A model generated the notes under the pieces. That model was given only the letters and a program-made list of their open reading frames with translations, had not been told where the DNA came from and made no database searches. Below are positions 17,954-28,520 of a DNA stretch of 57,051 nt, one piece after another (the first letter of the stretch is position 1; each line of letters starts with the position of its first letter). The translations under genes were made by a program, and so were the position numbers. This DNA is from an uncultured Candidatus Bathyarchaeia archaeon (lineage in GTDB: Archaea > Thermoproteota > Bathyarchaeia > 40CM-2-53-6 > DTGE01): assembly GCA_964346575.1 (NCBI GenBank), contig CAYFVN010000234.1, positions 1-57,051 on the forward strand, read 5' to 3'.

Positions 17954-20188
17954 TTGAGTAGATTGAAGCGTTTGGAGGGGATGAGCTCTAAAATACTCGA
18001 CGCAGCCTCCTCATCTGTTCGCTTAAGCATTCTAAGATTGTTATCACATAAGGGGCAACTTCAATACACCGAGTTGATGTTCGCCGTGAACCTTGACCCA
18101 GTGAGAGATGCAGGTAAATTCGTTTACCATCTAAAGAGTTTAATAGACGTAGGTCTGCTCAAGCTTGACAAGAAGAGTAAGAAGTACTCATTAACGGAGT
18201 TAGGAGAGATAGTCGTAAAGTTCTCAAGAGACTTAGAAGAGTACTTGGCAGTAAAGAAGGGGAGGCTCTTCGTAAGGACATCGAAACTCGCCATTGAAGA
18301 GTTCGACAGATCGAAGATAGTAGATAGTCTAGCTAGAGAAGCAGGAGTACCCTTAGAATTAGCTAGAGATATAGCTGCTGAAGCTGAGGATCGTCTGATG
18401 AACACTAAAACGAGACATCTCACAGCACCTCTAATAAGAGAGTTCATAAACTTCCTTCTACTAGAAAAGGGGTTAGAGGAGTATCGTCATAGGCTGACTC
18501 GTCTAGGCATGCCCGTGTACGATGTAACCCAAGTCATCGAGGAAACTGGAAGGAGAGGCTCACCAGTATCCGCAGTGAAAGAGGCCGCCAGCTCCTCAGT
18601 CCTAAAAGAATATGTACTGCTTAAAGGCGTCCCAAGAGAAGTAGCAGATGCACACCTCTCCGGACTAATACACATAGACACAGCGGAGAGCTGGCTGCTC
18701 AAGCCTGAATCTATATCCTATGACCTGAGATCCTATCTAATTTCACCAGATCAGGTTAGGAAGATCCCTGATGACCTAAATGGCGTATTGAAGCTACTTG
18801 AGAAGATTTATAGGCGATCTACAAATGAAGTTACCAGCGGTGAAGTCCTTCCATTCCTAAACCTGATTCTTGCACCTTTTGTGGCGGGTTTAGAAATTAA
18901 TCTTGTAGAGAAGCTTCTAAGGATTTTCATCGAGGATTTGAATGAAGAGGCGCTTATCAATCCATTCACGCCTAGAGTCTCTATAGGCGTTTCTTTGAAG
19001 CTTCCTAGAGAACTCGAAAGTGAATCAGCCCCAAACCCTAGGGGGGAAGATACTACATATGGAGACTTTCATGAAGAAGCTGTTTTGTTGGCCTCCATCA
19101 TATTGAAGCAAGCCTATAGAATATCCAGTAGGATGCCTCTACTCAACCCATTATTGACTGTAAAGTTGAAGGGTGGAGATGAAGAATCGCTGGAGACTCT
19201 CAGCGCTTTAGAGGCTGCACATGGATCCATATATCTAGATTTTACGGGAGATACTGAAGCTGTATACCATGGAAATGGCATCCGCCTCTGCACAGGTTGG
19301 TCCGGAGATTGGCATGCAGACATCTTGAGGACAGGTCAGGCTGGAACTGTATTTCTGAACCTGTCTAGGATAGCTCTTGAGTCTAGAGGAAACTTCGAGC
19401 GTTTTAGGAAGATCTCAGACGACGCTGTACGATTGGCTGTGGAAGCACTAAAGGCTAAAAGGGCTTCCTTAATCGAGCATCTTCGTGGTGGACTTCTTCC
19501 TACTTTAAAAAGCTTTAACTTCTCAGTAGAGGATTCTCAGTATGGAATAGGGATACTAGGATTAAGTGAGGCTGCTTCCATCTATGCTGGATCCGCTATA
19601 GGTACAAGCGATAAGGCTTTGGAATTCTCCCTTAAAATTTTGAAATATCTAAGCGAGTTGACTTCTGCATCGTCCAAAGAGTTGGATATGCGTATAAATC
19701 TCGTACAGAAACCATGTGAAGAAGGTAGTTCACGCTTAGCCAAACTAGACTTGGAATCCTTTGGTAGGGGAGCCACGAAGTTTCAGGGTCTTAAAAGCAA
19801 CCCATACTACACTGATGTGCCTATAATACCTTCAAAATCGAATGTGCCTCTAGAAGCTCGAGGAGAGCTTGAAGGAAAGTTTCAACAGTACCTTGATGGC
19901 GGCCACCTATGCCTTTTCCGACTATCCGAAGCTGAGCCCAAAGCAATTGGGAGATTCTCTGCTAAACTTGAGTCTATGGATATACGCTTCGCAACATATT
20001 CCAAAGAGTTATCACACTGCAAAGCGTGTATGACCTTGACCCAAGGGCTTATACAAATATGTCCTATATGTGGATCGTCGTCGATTCAACGATATGGAGC
20101 TTCGTCGGCTCTGCTTAAACCTCTAAAGATATGGCCTTCTTCAAATGTTAAGGAGATGGATGAATGGGTTAGATATCCCATTAAGTAA
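17954..20188 (+). CDS. nrdD: class III (anaerobic) ribonucleoside-triphosphate reductase NrdD homolog with N-terminal wHTH and ATP-cone
   Basis: ArsR-like wHTH (LSILRLLSHKGQLQYTELMFAV...YSLTELGE), then an ATP-cone (LFVRTSKLAIEEFDRSKIVDSLAREAGVP...). NrdD-like blocks follow: RLCTGW...GQAGTVFLNLSRIALE, KPCEEGSSRLAKLD, PYYTDVPIIP and a C-terminal Zn ribbon CKAC-x12-CPIC. The glycyl-radical region reads IQRYGASS rather than RxxGY. Confidence 0.7.
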   Translation: MSRLKRLEGMSSKILDAASSSVRLSILRLLSHKGQLQYTELMFAVNLDPVRDAGKFVYHLKSLIDVGLLKLDKKSKKYSLTELGEIVVKFSRDLEEYLAVKKGRLFVRTSKLAIEEFDRSKIVDSLAREAGVPLELARDIAAEAEDRLMNTKTRHLTAPLIREFINFLLLEKGLEEYRHRLTRLGMPVYDVTQVIEETGRRGSPVSAVKEAASSSVLKEYVLLKGVPREVADAHLSGLIHIDTAESWLLKPESISYDLRSYLISPDQVRKIPDDLNGVLKLLEKIYRRSTNEVTSGEVLPFLNLILAPFVAGLEINLVEKLLRIFIEDLNEEALINPFTPRVSIGVSLKLPRELESESAPNPRGEDTTYGDFHEEAVLLASIILKQAYRISSRMPLLNPLLTVKLKGGDEESLETLSALEAAHGSIYLDFTGDTEAVYHGNGIRLCTGWSGDWHADILRTGQAGTVFLNLSRIALESRGNFERFRKISDDAVRLAVEALKAKRASLIEHLRGGLLPTLKSFNFSVEDSQYGIGILGLSEAASIYAGSAIGTSDKALEFSLKILKYLSELTSASSKELDMRINLVQKPCEEGSSRLAKLDLESFGRGATKFQGLKSNPYYTDVPIIPSKSNVPLEARGELEGKFQQYLDGGHLCLFRLSEAEPKAIGRFSAKLESMDIRFATYSKELSHCKACMTLTQGLIQICPICGSSSIQRYGASSALLKPLKIWPSSNVKEMDEWVRYPIK

Positions 20189-20370
20189 AATGCATGAATG
20201 TTAAATATCGACAAAACTAAAAAATGTTGAGAATTACTCCTATTAGAAAACCAAAAATCCCTGATATGAGAACTATGATCAATGTTTTCTTGAAATCATT
20301 TATGACATCTCGAGTTTCATTCCCTCTTAATGTCATTCTAGTCTCTTCCATATATTCAGACGCTATATTT

Positions 20371-20417
20371 ATATAACAGTGTTATATGAATATTTGTATG
20401 TAACATACGTATGTTAC
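20371..20417. repeat. two adjacent perfect palindromes in AT-rich intergenic DNA
   Basis: ATATAACA-g-TGTTATAT at 20371..20387 and GTAACATAC|GTATGTTAC (an 18-bp perfect palindrome) at 20400..20417. Confidence 0.85.
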
Positions 20418-20784
20418 TTTATTTATTTTTTTAAAATAGCAGCAACATAAGCAAACAATATTCCTTCCCATATATAGAAAAAATATGTAGGGTACGAACG
20501 TGCCTAAGAATAAATGCAGCTCATAAAATTAATTCTGTTCTTTGAATGAATTTTCTTATGATTCAAAGTGGTATTATACTATACGCTCATAGTTGCATTC
20601 GGAAAGCTTATCTTTCAGTTTTTCTAGATGCCTGCAGTCTTACCTTGTCACATATATCTTTACTTGCTCCCGATCTATATAATAACTAGAATAAATTTCA
20701 ATGTCTTCTATAAGTTTCATAAGGAAAATTTACAGCCTATCCTTATTAATATATTATAGGCTCGCGTTAAAAGTTACCGAGATA

Positions 20785-21093
20785 TTATTTTTGTTTGACC
20801 TTGTCCAAATCTTTCTTTATACCATCCAGTGTATACTTTACCAAAGCTGCATAAAAACTTAAACTCGACAAAAATAGAAATAATACAATAATAAGTCCAA
20901 CGATAAGAAATTCATTTAAATAGAAAATTTCTGATATTCTATTCTGCATAATATAATCATTAATTAATTTTATTTCAATTTTAAAATAAGTCGATAGTAC
21001 TAATCCTGCAATAATAATCCATAATATTGAAAATATAAATCCTATAATTAAACCACAAAAAGCTATCCAATAAGATTTTACCCAGCTAGACAT
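20785..21093 (-). CDS. hypothetical small membrane protein
   Basis: 102 aa with two or three strongly hydrophobic segments and a Lys-rich C-terminus. Lies in a ~28% GC island. No family recognised. Confidence 0.4.
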   Translation of the reverse strand: MSSWVKSYWIAFCGLIIGFIFSILWIIIAGLVLSTYFKIEIKLINDYIMQNRISEIFYLNEFLIVGLIIVLFLFLSSLSFYAALVKYTLDGIKKDLDKVKQK

Positions 21094-21309
21094 ATTCTAA
21101 TTATTTTACATTGGTTACTATTAAACTTAATATTTAATTTAGCTTACGTTGAAGAATTTATATGGGGATTAAGAAAGTCAATAACAAACGCCCAATGGAT
21201 ATCTTTTCAACTCGCTCTGAAGAAGATCGCTGGATTTTAGAAAAAAAGAAAGGATGCACTCTAAAAGTTGTGACATGCCTTATAAAAAAGGAGGGAATGT
21301 TTACCGCTA

Positions 21310-21498
21310 TTATGTTGTCTGGTCTTCGATCTCGGCGGCTGGGGCGTTCGTTTTAACCGACTCTATACCGTTCATACAAGCGGCCTTGCTCGTATAGGCC
21401 TCGCTCACAGCGATGATCTCCATATTTGCAGCCCTCAACCTGAAGCGGAACTGTCCGCTAGTATCCTTATAGACTTCAAACTTTGCAGGCATATTCAT
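21310..21498 (-). CDS. YegP/DUF1508 (UPF0339) family protein
   Basis: KFEVYKDTSGQFRFRLRAANMEIIAVSEAYTSKAACMNGIESVKTNA matches the YegP repeat consensus (F.iykd..g.yRFrLkA.NGeiia.Se.Y.sk......I.svk.na). Confidence 0.7.
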   Translation of the reverse strand: MNMPAKFEVYKDTSGQFRFRLRAANMEIIAVSEAYTSKAACMNGIESVKTNAPAAEIEDQTT

Positions 21499-21854
21499 CG
21501 AAGCATAATATTACCTTAACTCACTTAAAAATATGTCACTGCCTCCAGTAAGAAAGCGACAAGGAATACGTCATTTCGGTTATACTATCCTATCCCCTTC
21601 TTTGGGGATCTATCCCTAACACTCTGTTCAGCTGTGCAAGTAGGGGTTCCAATCGAATGCAGAACTCGTCTACGGCCTTTTTGTATTCAGGCAGGTCTTT
21701 CTTTATTGAAGGTGAGATCCTCTATAATTTCCGGATAGGCTGTGATTCGTTCTACTTGTGGTTCCTTAACCTTTTTTAGTTTTCTAAATCTTATGTGAAT
21801 GGCATATAGGTTGATTCACGGTTAAATGGATAAATCGTTTGGATGTGAAAATCG

Positions 21855-22667
21855 ATGAAGATAGCTCTAATTCAGCGACACGCTACCCTGAACAGGAAGG
21901 ATAATATTATTCGTGGAATAAAAGCATTAGAGGAGGCAGTTTCTCATGGAGCCAAATTAGTAGTTTATCCTGAATTATCCTTCAACTTGTTTCTTCCACA
22001 ATATCCCGCTTCTAAGAGAACTCTTAACTTGGCTGAGGCAATACCAGGTCCTACGACGAAGATATTCTCTGAAAAAGCAGCTGAGTTGAATGTCGCGGTA
22101 GTTCTTAATATCTTTGAAAAAGAAGGTCGGCTAACCTATGATTCTTCTCCTGTAATAGATGCGGATGGGAGGATAGTAGGGAAGACTAGGATGGTTCACA
22201 TACTTGAGGCTCCCTTTTTCCAAGAAAAGGAATATTACTCACCGGGTAATCTTGGAGCAGGGGTATTCGACACGGCGGCGGGAAGGATTGGGATAGCTAT
22301 CTGCTATGACCGTCATTTCCCTGAGTATATGAGAGCTCTGGCTATTAAGGGTGCTGATTTGGTCGTGGTTCCTCAAGCAGGAGTCGTTGATGAGTGGCCT
22401 CATGGAATATTTGAAGCTGAACTTCAAATTGCCGCCTTCCAGAATGGTTATTTTACAGCATTAGTCAACAGAGTGGGTAAAGAGGACAATCTAACCTTTG
22501 CAGGGGAATCTTTCGTCACCGACCCTGAAGGGCAAGTTATTGCTCGTGCCCCAAGAGGAAAAGATCACATTCTCTACGCTAATATAGACTTCAAGAAACT
22601 CAAGAGATGCCCCGCCAAAAAACATTTCCTGTTAGATCGAAGACCAGACATTTACCCCATTCTTTAG
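21855..22667 (+). CDS. carbon-nitrogen hydrolase (nitrilase superfamily)
   Basis: MKIALIQ..., catalytic Glu in VVYPELS, and catalytic Cys in GIAICYDRHFPE. 270 aa. Confidence 0.85.
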   Translation: MKIALIQRHATLNRKDNIIRGIKALEEAVSHGAKLVVYPELSFNLFLPQYPASKRTLNLAEAIPGPTTKIFSEKAAELNVAVVLNIFEKEGRLTYDSSPVIDADGRIVGKTRMVHILEAPFFQEKEYYSPGNLGAGVFDTAAGRIGIAICYDRHFPEYMRALAIKGADLVVVPQAGVVDEWPHGIFEAELQIAAFQNGYFTALVNRVGKEDNLTFAGESFVTDPEGQVIARAPRGKDHILYANIDFKKLKRCPAKKHFLLDRRPDIYPIL

Positions 22668-22828
22668 AAACTTTAGAATAAAACTCTAAGGATATACCTT
22701 TCCGTGATCTCATTTCGATTTTACTGATCAGTAATATCACATTCTAGAGGGGATTGGTTAGGTACATCTTTGATAGCATAAACTAACTAAACACCTTACA
22801 ACATTACAGGATATTCCATTGAGTAAAT

Positions 22829-23806
<978 letters not shown>

Positions 23807-23823
23807 TTACCATGATCATGTAG

Positions 23824-24312
23824 GTGTCCCAAATGGTCGGGGGTAATCTAAAGAGGGATGAGCTTTACGTCAAGAAGATAAGAGATGGCACCGTTATAGA
23901 TCACATATCTGCCGGCTTAGCCCTCAACGTGCTTAAAATATTAAAAATAACCGGTAAGGATGGCCGCACAGTCAGCGTGGCCATGAACGTCCCAAGCGGA
24001 AAATACGTTAGGAAAGATATCATTAAAGTCGAAGATAGAGAGTTGAAACCTGTGGAAGTGGATAAAATAGCTCTAATAGCTCCTAAATCTACTATAAACA
24101 TAATAAGGAACTATGAGGTTCACGAGAAGAAGAGGGTAAAACTACCGGAAGTTATTAAGGATATTACAAGGTGTAGTAACCCTTCTTGTATAACGAACGC
24201 CAATGAGCCTGTTGAACCCATGTTCAAGATTGAAAAGACAGAGCCGTTATGTTTAAGATGTCTCTACTGTGGTAGAATCACGGAACAGGATGCCATACTC
24301 AGTCAGCTCTAA
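23824..24312 (+). CDS. pyrI: aspartate carbamoyltransferase regulatory subunit
   Basis: LYVKKIRDGTVIDHISAGLALNVLKIL allosteric domain plus a Zn domain CSNPSCIT...CLRCLYCG. GTG start at 23824, or ATG at 23833. Head-to-head with pyrB. Confidence 0.9.
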   Translation: MSQMVGGNLKRDELYVKKIRDGTVIDHISAGLALNVLKILKITGKDGRTVSVAMNVPSGKYVRKDIIKVEDRELKPVEVDKIALIAPKSTINIIRNYEVHEKKRVKLPEVIKDITRCSNPSCITNANEPVEPMFKIEKTEPLCLRCLYCGRITEQDAILSQL

Positions 24313-24441
24313 GTAGTTCATAGATCGCCTTCTCAGTCATCCTCAAGGTATAATATCCCGAATATCTAACCTTCATCGAGTTAATTGAATTAAAATAGCT
24401 TCGGTAAAATAGCTTATATAACTCTACGGATGCGCGTTTCT

Positions 24442-25005
24442 TCATGTGAAGGTTAACCTGAGTCTAATGGCGTCTAGTACTGTACTCCAGTCAACATCGG
24501 TGTTGACACATCCATCTCTTTTCAGTCTGATGGTTTGAATGGCTATATCGAACTTTTTAGCGACGAAGCTACCTAAGACTAGTTCGTTGAGACAAGCAAC
24601 TCCTAAGCACGCTTTAGGAGTTAACATCTTGAATATCTTCTCTACGATTCTTCCTCCACTCAATATGTAAGCGCCTTTATAGCCTAGCTTTTCGGCTTCC
24701 TCTAAAGCCTCCCAGATCCTACATCTTCCACATTTAGTGCATATGTAGCCGTACTCGCTGAGCTCTGCAGGGCAGTTCCTAGACCTTAAACACTGTGGAA
24801 GTAGTAGAACCCTTTTAGAGTAGGGCGCAGATGCGAACATCTTCTTATGAGCCCCATTCTTAACAGAAATATATAGATCTAGAAGCTCCTCCTCCTCTAT
24901 TCCAGTCTTTGCTGCAATACGTTCCAAATTTATGAGTATAGTTTCACCGGGCTTGAAACGAGCGATCTTTTCTATAATTTGCATAACGGTGCTCCTAGGA
25001 GGCAA
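24442..25005 (-). CDS. DUF116 family Cys-rich protein
   Basis: KRVLLLPQCLRSRNCPA...YICTKCGRCRI...GYKGAYILSGG...LGVACLNELVLG matches the DUF116 pattern as I remember it. Function unknown. Confidence 0.55.
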   Translation of the reverse strand: MPPRSTVMQIIEKIARFKPGETILINLERIAAKTGIEEEELLDLYISVKNGAHKKMFASAPYSKRVLLLPQCLRSRNCPAELSEYGYICTKCGRCRIWEALEEAEKLGYKGAYILSGGRIVEKIFKMLTPKACLGVACLNELVLGSFVAKKFDIAIQTIRLKRDGCVNTDVDWSTVLDAIRLRLTFT

Positions 25006-25534
25006 GTTCTCTTCGCCGCTCGTTACTTATGGATACGCCTATTAAAAGCTCTTACTGAACTAAATGTTAATGATATCAGCTCGTATACTAACTTTTTTGA
25101 GTGTTTAGCGTGTTTAGTGTCAAGTATGGGGAAATAGAGGATCTTTATATGGTGGGAACCTTGACGGAGGAGCGGAAACTCGAGATCCTTCTTGGTTTTT
25201 ATCTTGTCTGTAAAGGGTGCTTCAAGGGAATTTGAATCTGGAACATGAAAATCTACGTAATATAGTTGAAATCGATTTTCCAGTAAGTCTATATTATAAA
25301 ACTTAAGGCTTGGCGCTCGAGGGCTCCTGTGATTTTGGTTTGTTTACAGTTTCATCTTGATTGGTTGTCGAGTTTGATGAGGAGGCTGGGGAGAAGGGTT
25401 TCAAGGGTCATAGTACTGTAAGATTGGGTTTAAATAGCCTGGAAGTGAAGGGTTAATTTTTATCAAAAGAGGAAAGCATGAAGATAAAGGGAAAAAGAAT
25501 AAATGATAGGTTTGGTGGTTAAGAGTACAGAAAA

Positions 25535-26665
25535 GTGTCTTTTATGGATTTAGGTTTTACCAGTATGAAGGCTTTAGTGGCAGAGTGTAAGCTTCACGAC
25601 AAGCCGTCGAGGCTGGAAGAAGTTGTGAGTATGGCTAGGACTATAGGGTATGATGTGGCTGCTAAAGTTATCCAGAGTAGGGGTAGTGTTCACCACTCCT
25701 ATACAATTGGAAGTGGTAAGCTTGAGGAAATTAAGCAGACAGTGAAAGAAACTGGGGTTGAGACGGTCATATTCTCCAATACGTTGCCTAGTTCTCACGT
25801 ATTTAAGGTTCAACGTAGGATCGGTAATGATGTGAAGGTTGTCGATAGGAACCTCCTTATACTTGAGTTGTTCGAAAGGAGGGCTATGACCGTTGAGGCT
25901 AAGCTTCAGATCCAGCTTGCCCGTCTTAAGTATACGTTCTCCTGGGGTAGGGAGTATTTAAAGCTTAAAGGGATTCTGGGAGAGCAGGTTGGATGGAGTG
26001 GACCTGGCGACTATCCCTTCAAGGAGTACGAGAAGGCTGCTCGTAGGAGGATAAGCCGTATAGTGAGTAGGCTTGAGGAGATAAGGTTTAAGAGGGATCT
26101 ACTCAGGCTTAGGAGGAGGGAGCTCGGATATCCGATAGTTGCCTTGGCTGGATATACACAGAGCGGCAAGACCACACTCTTTAACAGGCTTACCTCTGAA
26201 GAGAAGACTGTTGGATTAGGTCCCTTCACAACACTCTCCACATTCGCTCGACGCGTCGACTCTCTTAATGGAAGATCCTTCATACTGGTTGACTCGATAG
26301 GCTTCATAGAGGATATGCATCCTATCATAGTAGATGCCTTCACAGCCACCCTGAGGGAGATAGCTGACTCCAACCTGATACTTCTTTTCTTTGACGCCAG
26401 CGAAGATCCAGAAACTATGGCTAGGCACGTCAACTCCTCTGATACGATCCTTAGGAGAATAAGCGTCAGGGGTAAGATAATAGTATGCCTTAACAAGGTT
26501 GACCTAGTGGATGAAGAGCATCTTAAATTCGCCGTGGACATTGTAGCCAACCGCTTCTTAGGGTCACCTATAACCCTTTTTAGCTCCAAGACAGGAGCTA
26601 ACGTGGATTGTCTTATTATGGAGATCCAAAATGCCTTAAAGACGGCTACTCCACTGATGATGTGA
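25535..26665 (+). CDS. hflX: GTPase HflX
   Basis: HflX N-domain (IGSGKLEEIKQ...DRNLLILELFERRAMTVEAKLQIQLARLKY) and G domain (G1 GYTQSGKTTLFN, G3 DSIGF, G4 NKVD). The likely true start is ATG 25565 (MKALVAEC). Confidence 0.9.
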   Translation: MSFMDLGFTSMKALVAECKLHDKPSRLEEVVSMARTIGYDVAAKVIQSRGSVHHSYTIGSGKLEEIKQTVKETGVETVIFSNTLPSSHVFKVQRRIGNDVKVVDRNLLILELFERRAMTVEAKLQIQLARLKYTFSWGREYLKLKGILGEQVGWSGPGDYPFKEYEKAARRRISRIVSRLEEIRFKRDLLRLRRRELGYPIVALAGYTQSGKTTLFNRLTSEEKTVGLGPFTTLSTFARRVDSLNGRSFILVDSIGFIEDMHPIIVDAFTATLREIADSNLILLFFDASEDPETMARHVNSSDTILRRISVRGKIIVCLNKVDLVDEEHLKFAVDIVANRFLGSPITLFSSKTGANVDCLIMEIQNALKTATPLMM

Positions 26666-27104
26666 AACTACTTCAGCTTTGGCCGGATTTACTTCTCTTC
26701 AAAAGCAAGCTTATGGAAGATCCTTATAGCTCATGCTCTTTTTATTTCCTGAATAGTAAAGACTCAAGCGTTTCTTTAATCAGTTGTAAGTTATTGGATT
26801 ATTGCCTATTCGAACAATGTGTTCGCTTACAGAATATGATGATATTTAACCTCTCTCATAAAAGAATACAATCTGTAATCAAAGTGAATTTGTTTAGGCT
26901 CTCTGAAGATAATGCAAGAGTCAAGGAAATTATGTATTTCAGCAAAAACTTCGTCTACAGAGCTCAACACGTACTTACTCAATAAATATTTTTTAGTGCG
27001 CGCTTAACAGCATGGAAAATACAATGGATTCCTATAACTTAGAAAAAGAAACAACTCTGCAAATCTGTATTAGTTAAATATTTCTTGACTCTTCAAAAAT
27101 CGTA

Positions 27105-27250
27105 TGGTGGGCCGGCCCGGATTTGAACCGGGGACCCTTCAGCCCTCCTCTTCTTTGATGAGGGTTTCTGCGTCTCCTGGGTTGGCTACTTGTCAGGCAG
27201 ATGTCCTAATTATTCCATCATTTAGGATGTCCAAACTAGACGACCGGCCC
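27105..27250 (-). tRNA. tRNA-Val (anticodon GAC) with three introns (D-loop, anticodon loop, variable region); CCA encoded
   Basis: Manual fold: acceptor GGGCCGG/CCGGCCC, A, CCA. D stem GTCT/GGAC encloses 31 nt, implying a ~21-nt insert at 27208..27228. Anticodon stem TCTGC/GCAGA with loop CU-GAC-A and a ~18-nt insert at 27173..27190. A ~29-nt insert at 27138..27166 precedes the variable loop GGGTC. T arm CCCGG-TTCAAAT-CCGGG. TATA-like TTAATAAT lies 18-25 nt upstream (27268..27275). Confidence 0.8.
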
Positions 27251-27425
27251 TCTCTCCTTCAAAGCGTATTATTAACATAATATACAGGTATATTAAATCT
27301 AAGGTGGAGTTGAATAGATAGAGCGCACTAAACTTCCAGAGATTTTAAAATCCAGATAAATGAGGTTTCAGCCTTTTTAATATGAGTATTAAAGCTATTT
27401 ATTTATAAGGGTTTGTTGAGACAGG

Positions 27426-27614
27426 TCATATTATGCGGATTCTGTTGACTTTCTTATTATGCCATGAGTATGACCTGATTCTTTTTGATTCTCCTAAGCC
27501 GCATGCTGCGCATTGCTTCTTTCTTATATGATATGAATGTCTGCCACATCTTCTGCATATTATATGCGTCTTCGATCTACTCCTCTTACCGAAAGATGGA
27601 GTCCCTTTGCCCAT
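27426..27614 (-). CDS. rpl37e: 50S ribosomal protein L37e
   Basis: [39 protein letters not shown], the diagnostic L37e zinc ribbon. Confidence 0.95.
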   Translation of the reverse strand: MGKGTPSFGKRSRSKTHIICRRCGRHSYHIRKKQCAACGLGESKRIRSYSWHNKKVNRIRII

Positions 27615-27643
27615 TTGACATTCCCCATAACGACTTACTCTTT

Positions 27644-27877
27644 TTATTCTTTGCTTGGAGGGGGTGATACTAGAACTATATTATCTCCCCTTACTATGAT
27701 GGTACCCAGTTTTCTTGTATCGTTGTTGGAGGTTATTTCCTCGGCCTCTTCTAGGACTAGATTCATGTGCTGATCGAAGCTGAAGAGCTCTCCCCTAATG
27801 CTTCTGCCTCCTTTAAGTTCTACTAAGACTATTCTTCCAAGGATGTCTCCGAAGGCCCTGGTTGCTACGTCTGACAT
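27644..27877 (-). CDS. Sm-like (LSm/SmAP) RNA-binding protein
   Basis: Sm1 motif [31 protein letters not shown] and Sm2 motif [12 protein letters not shown]. Sits directly upstream of L37e, the conserved archaeal LSm-L37e operon. Confidence 0.9.
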   Translation of the reverse strand: MSDVATRAFGDILGRIVLVELKGGRSIRGELFSFDQHMNLVLEEAEEITSNNDTRKLGTIIVRGDNIVLVSPPPSKE

Positions 27878-27983
27878 CTCACATCAGTCCTTTGTAAACT
27901 ACAACTTTAAGGGTGGGTGGGGGTGATTTAAAGCTTATCATGAGACTTATTTTATTTTCTGACCTGATGCCGGGGTATTTTCC

Positions 27984-28496
27984 TTGAGACGTGTGAATTT
28001 GAAGGCCAAGGAGGTCAGGCGTATCCTTCGGGTTTTTTCGGATTATTATCCATGGGTTAGAGGTTCTATTGGTATACGTTCTAGGGTTGAGGCCGCGAGG
28101 ATTGATGGTTCACGCCTCTTGTATGTGGAGGGAGTCCCCCTTATACTTGAGGTTGAGAGGCTTATGGTTCCTACTCTCATATTCGATGATGTTTTGGGGG
28201 GTCTTCCTAGTGTAGTAGTTGATATGGGAGCTGTGCCTCATGTTTGTAGGGGAGCTGATGTCATGGCTCCAGGTGTTAGAGATGTGGAAGGCTCTTTTGG
28301 AGAGGGTGCGGTAGTACGAGTGGTGGATGAGCGTTACAGAAAAGCTTTGAGTGTAGGTATAGCTTTAACTTCCTCCTCTGGCATGTCTAGGCTTGAGCAG
28401 GGCAGGGTGGTTAAGAATTTGCATCATGTTGGGGATGGAGTTTGGATGGTTTTGAATTCAATTAAGGCAAAAAAGTTTAAAACATTGTACAAGTAA
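27984..28496 (+). CDS. PUA domain RNA-binding protein (MCT-1/Tma20-like)
   Basis: N-terminal LKAKEVRRILRVF... and a C-terminal PUA block VPHVCRGADVMAPGV...GAVVRVVDERYRKALSVGIAL. Confidence 0.7.
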   Translation: MRRVNLKAKEVRRILRVFSDYYPWVRGSIGIRSRVEAARIDGSRLLYVEGVPLILEVERLMVPTLIFDDVLGGLPSVVVDMGAVPHVCRGADVMAPGVRDVEGSFGEGAVVRVVDERYRKALSVGIALTSSSGMSRLEQGRVVKNLHHVGDGVWMVLNSIKAKKFKTLYK

Positions 28497-28520
28497 GTCA
28501 AATTTTATAGGGCGGTAAAG

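Noticed and set aside
21162-21356. 64-aa plus-strand ORF.
   Set aside because: It overlaps the 3' part of the well-supported YegP/DUF1508 gene on the other strand, and its upstream half lies in AT-rich spacer. No supporting features.
26608-26985. 125-aa plus-strand ORF after hflX, and a competing 51-codon TTG-start ORF on the minus strand (26827..26982).
   Set aside because: The plus ORF overlaps the hflX 3' end, has odd composition and no SD or recognisable family. The minus ORF has only a TTG start and no support. I left the 440-bp region uncalled.
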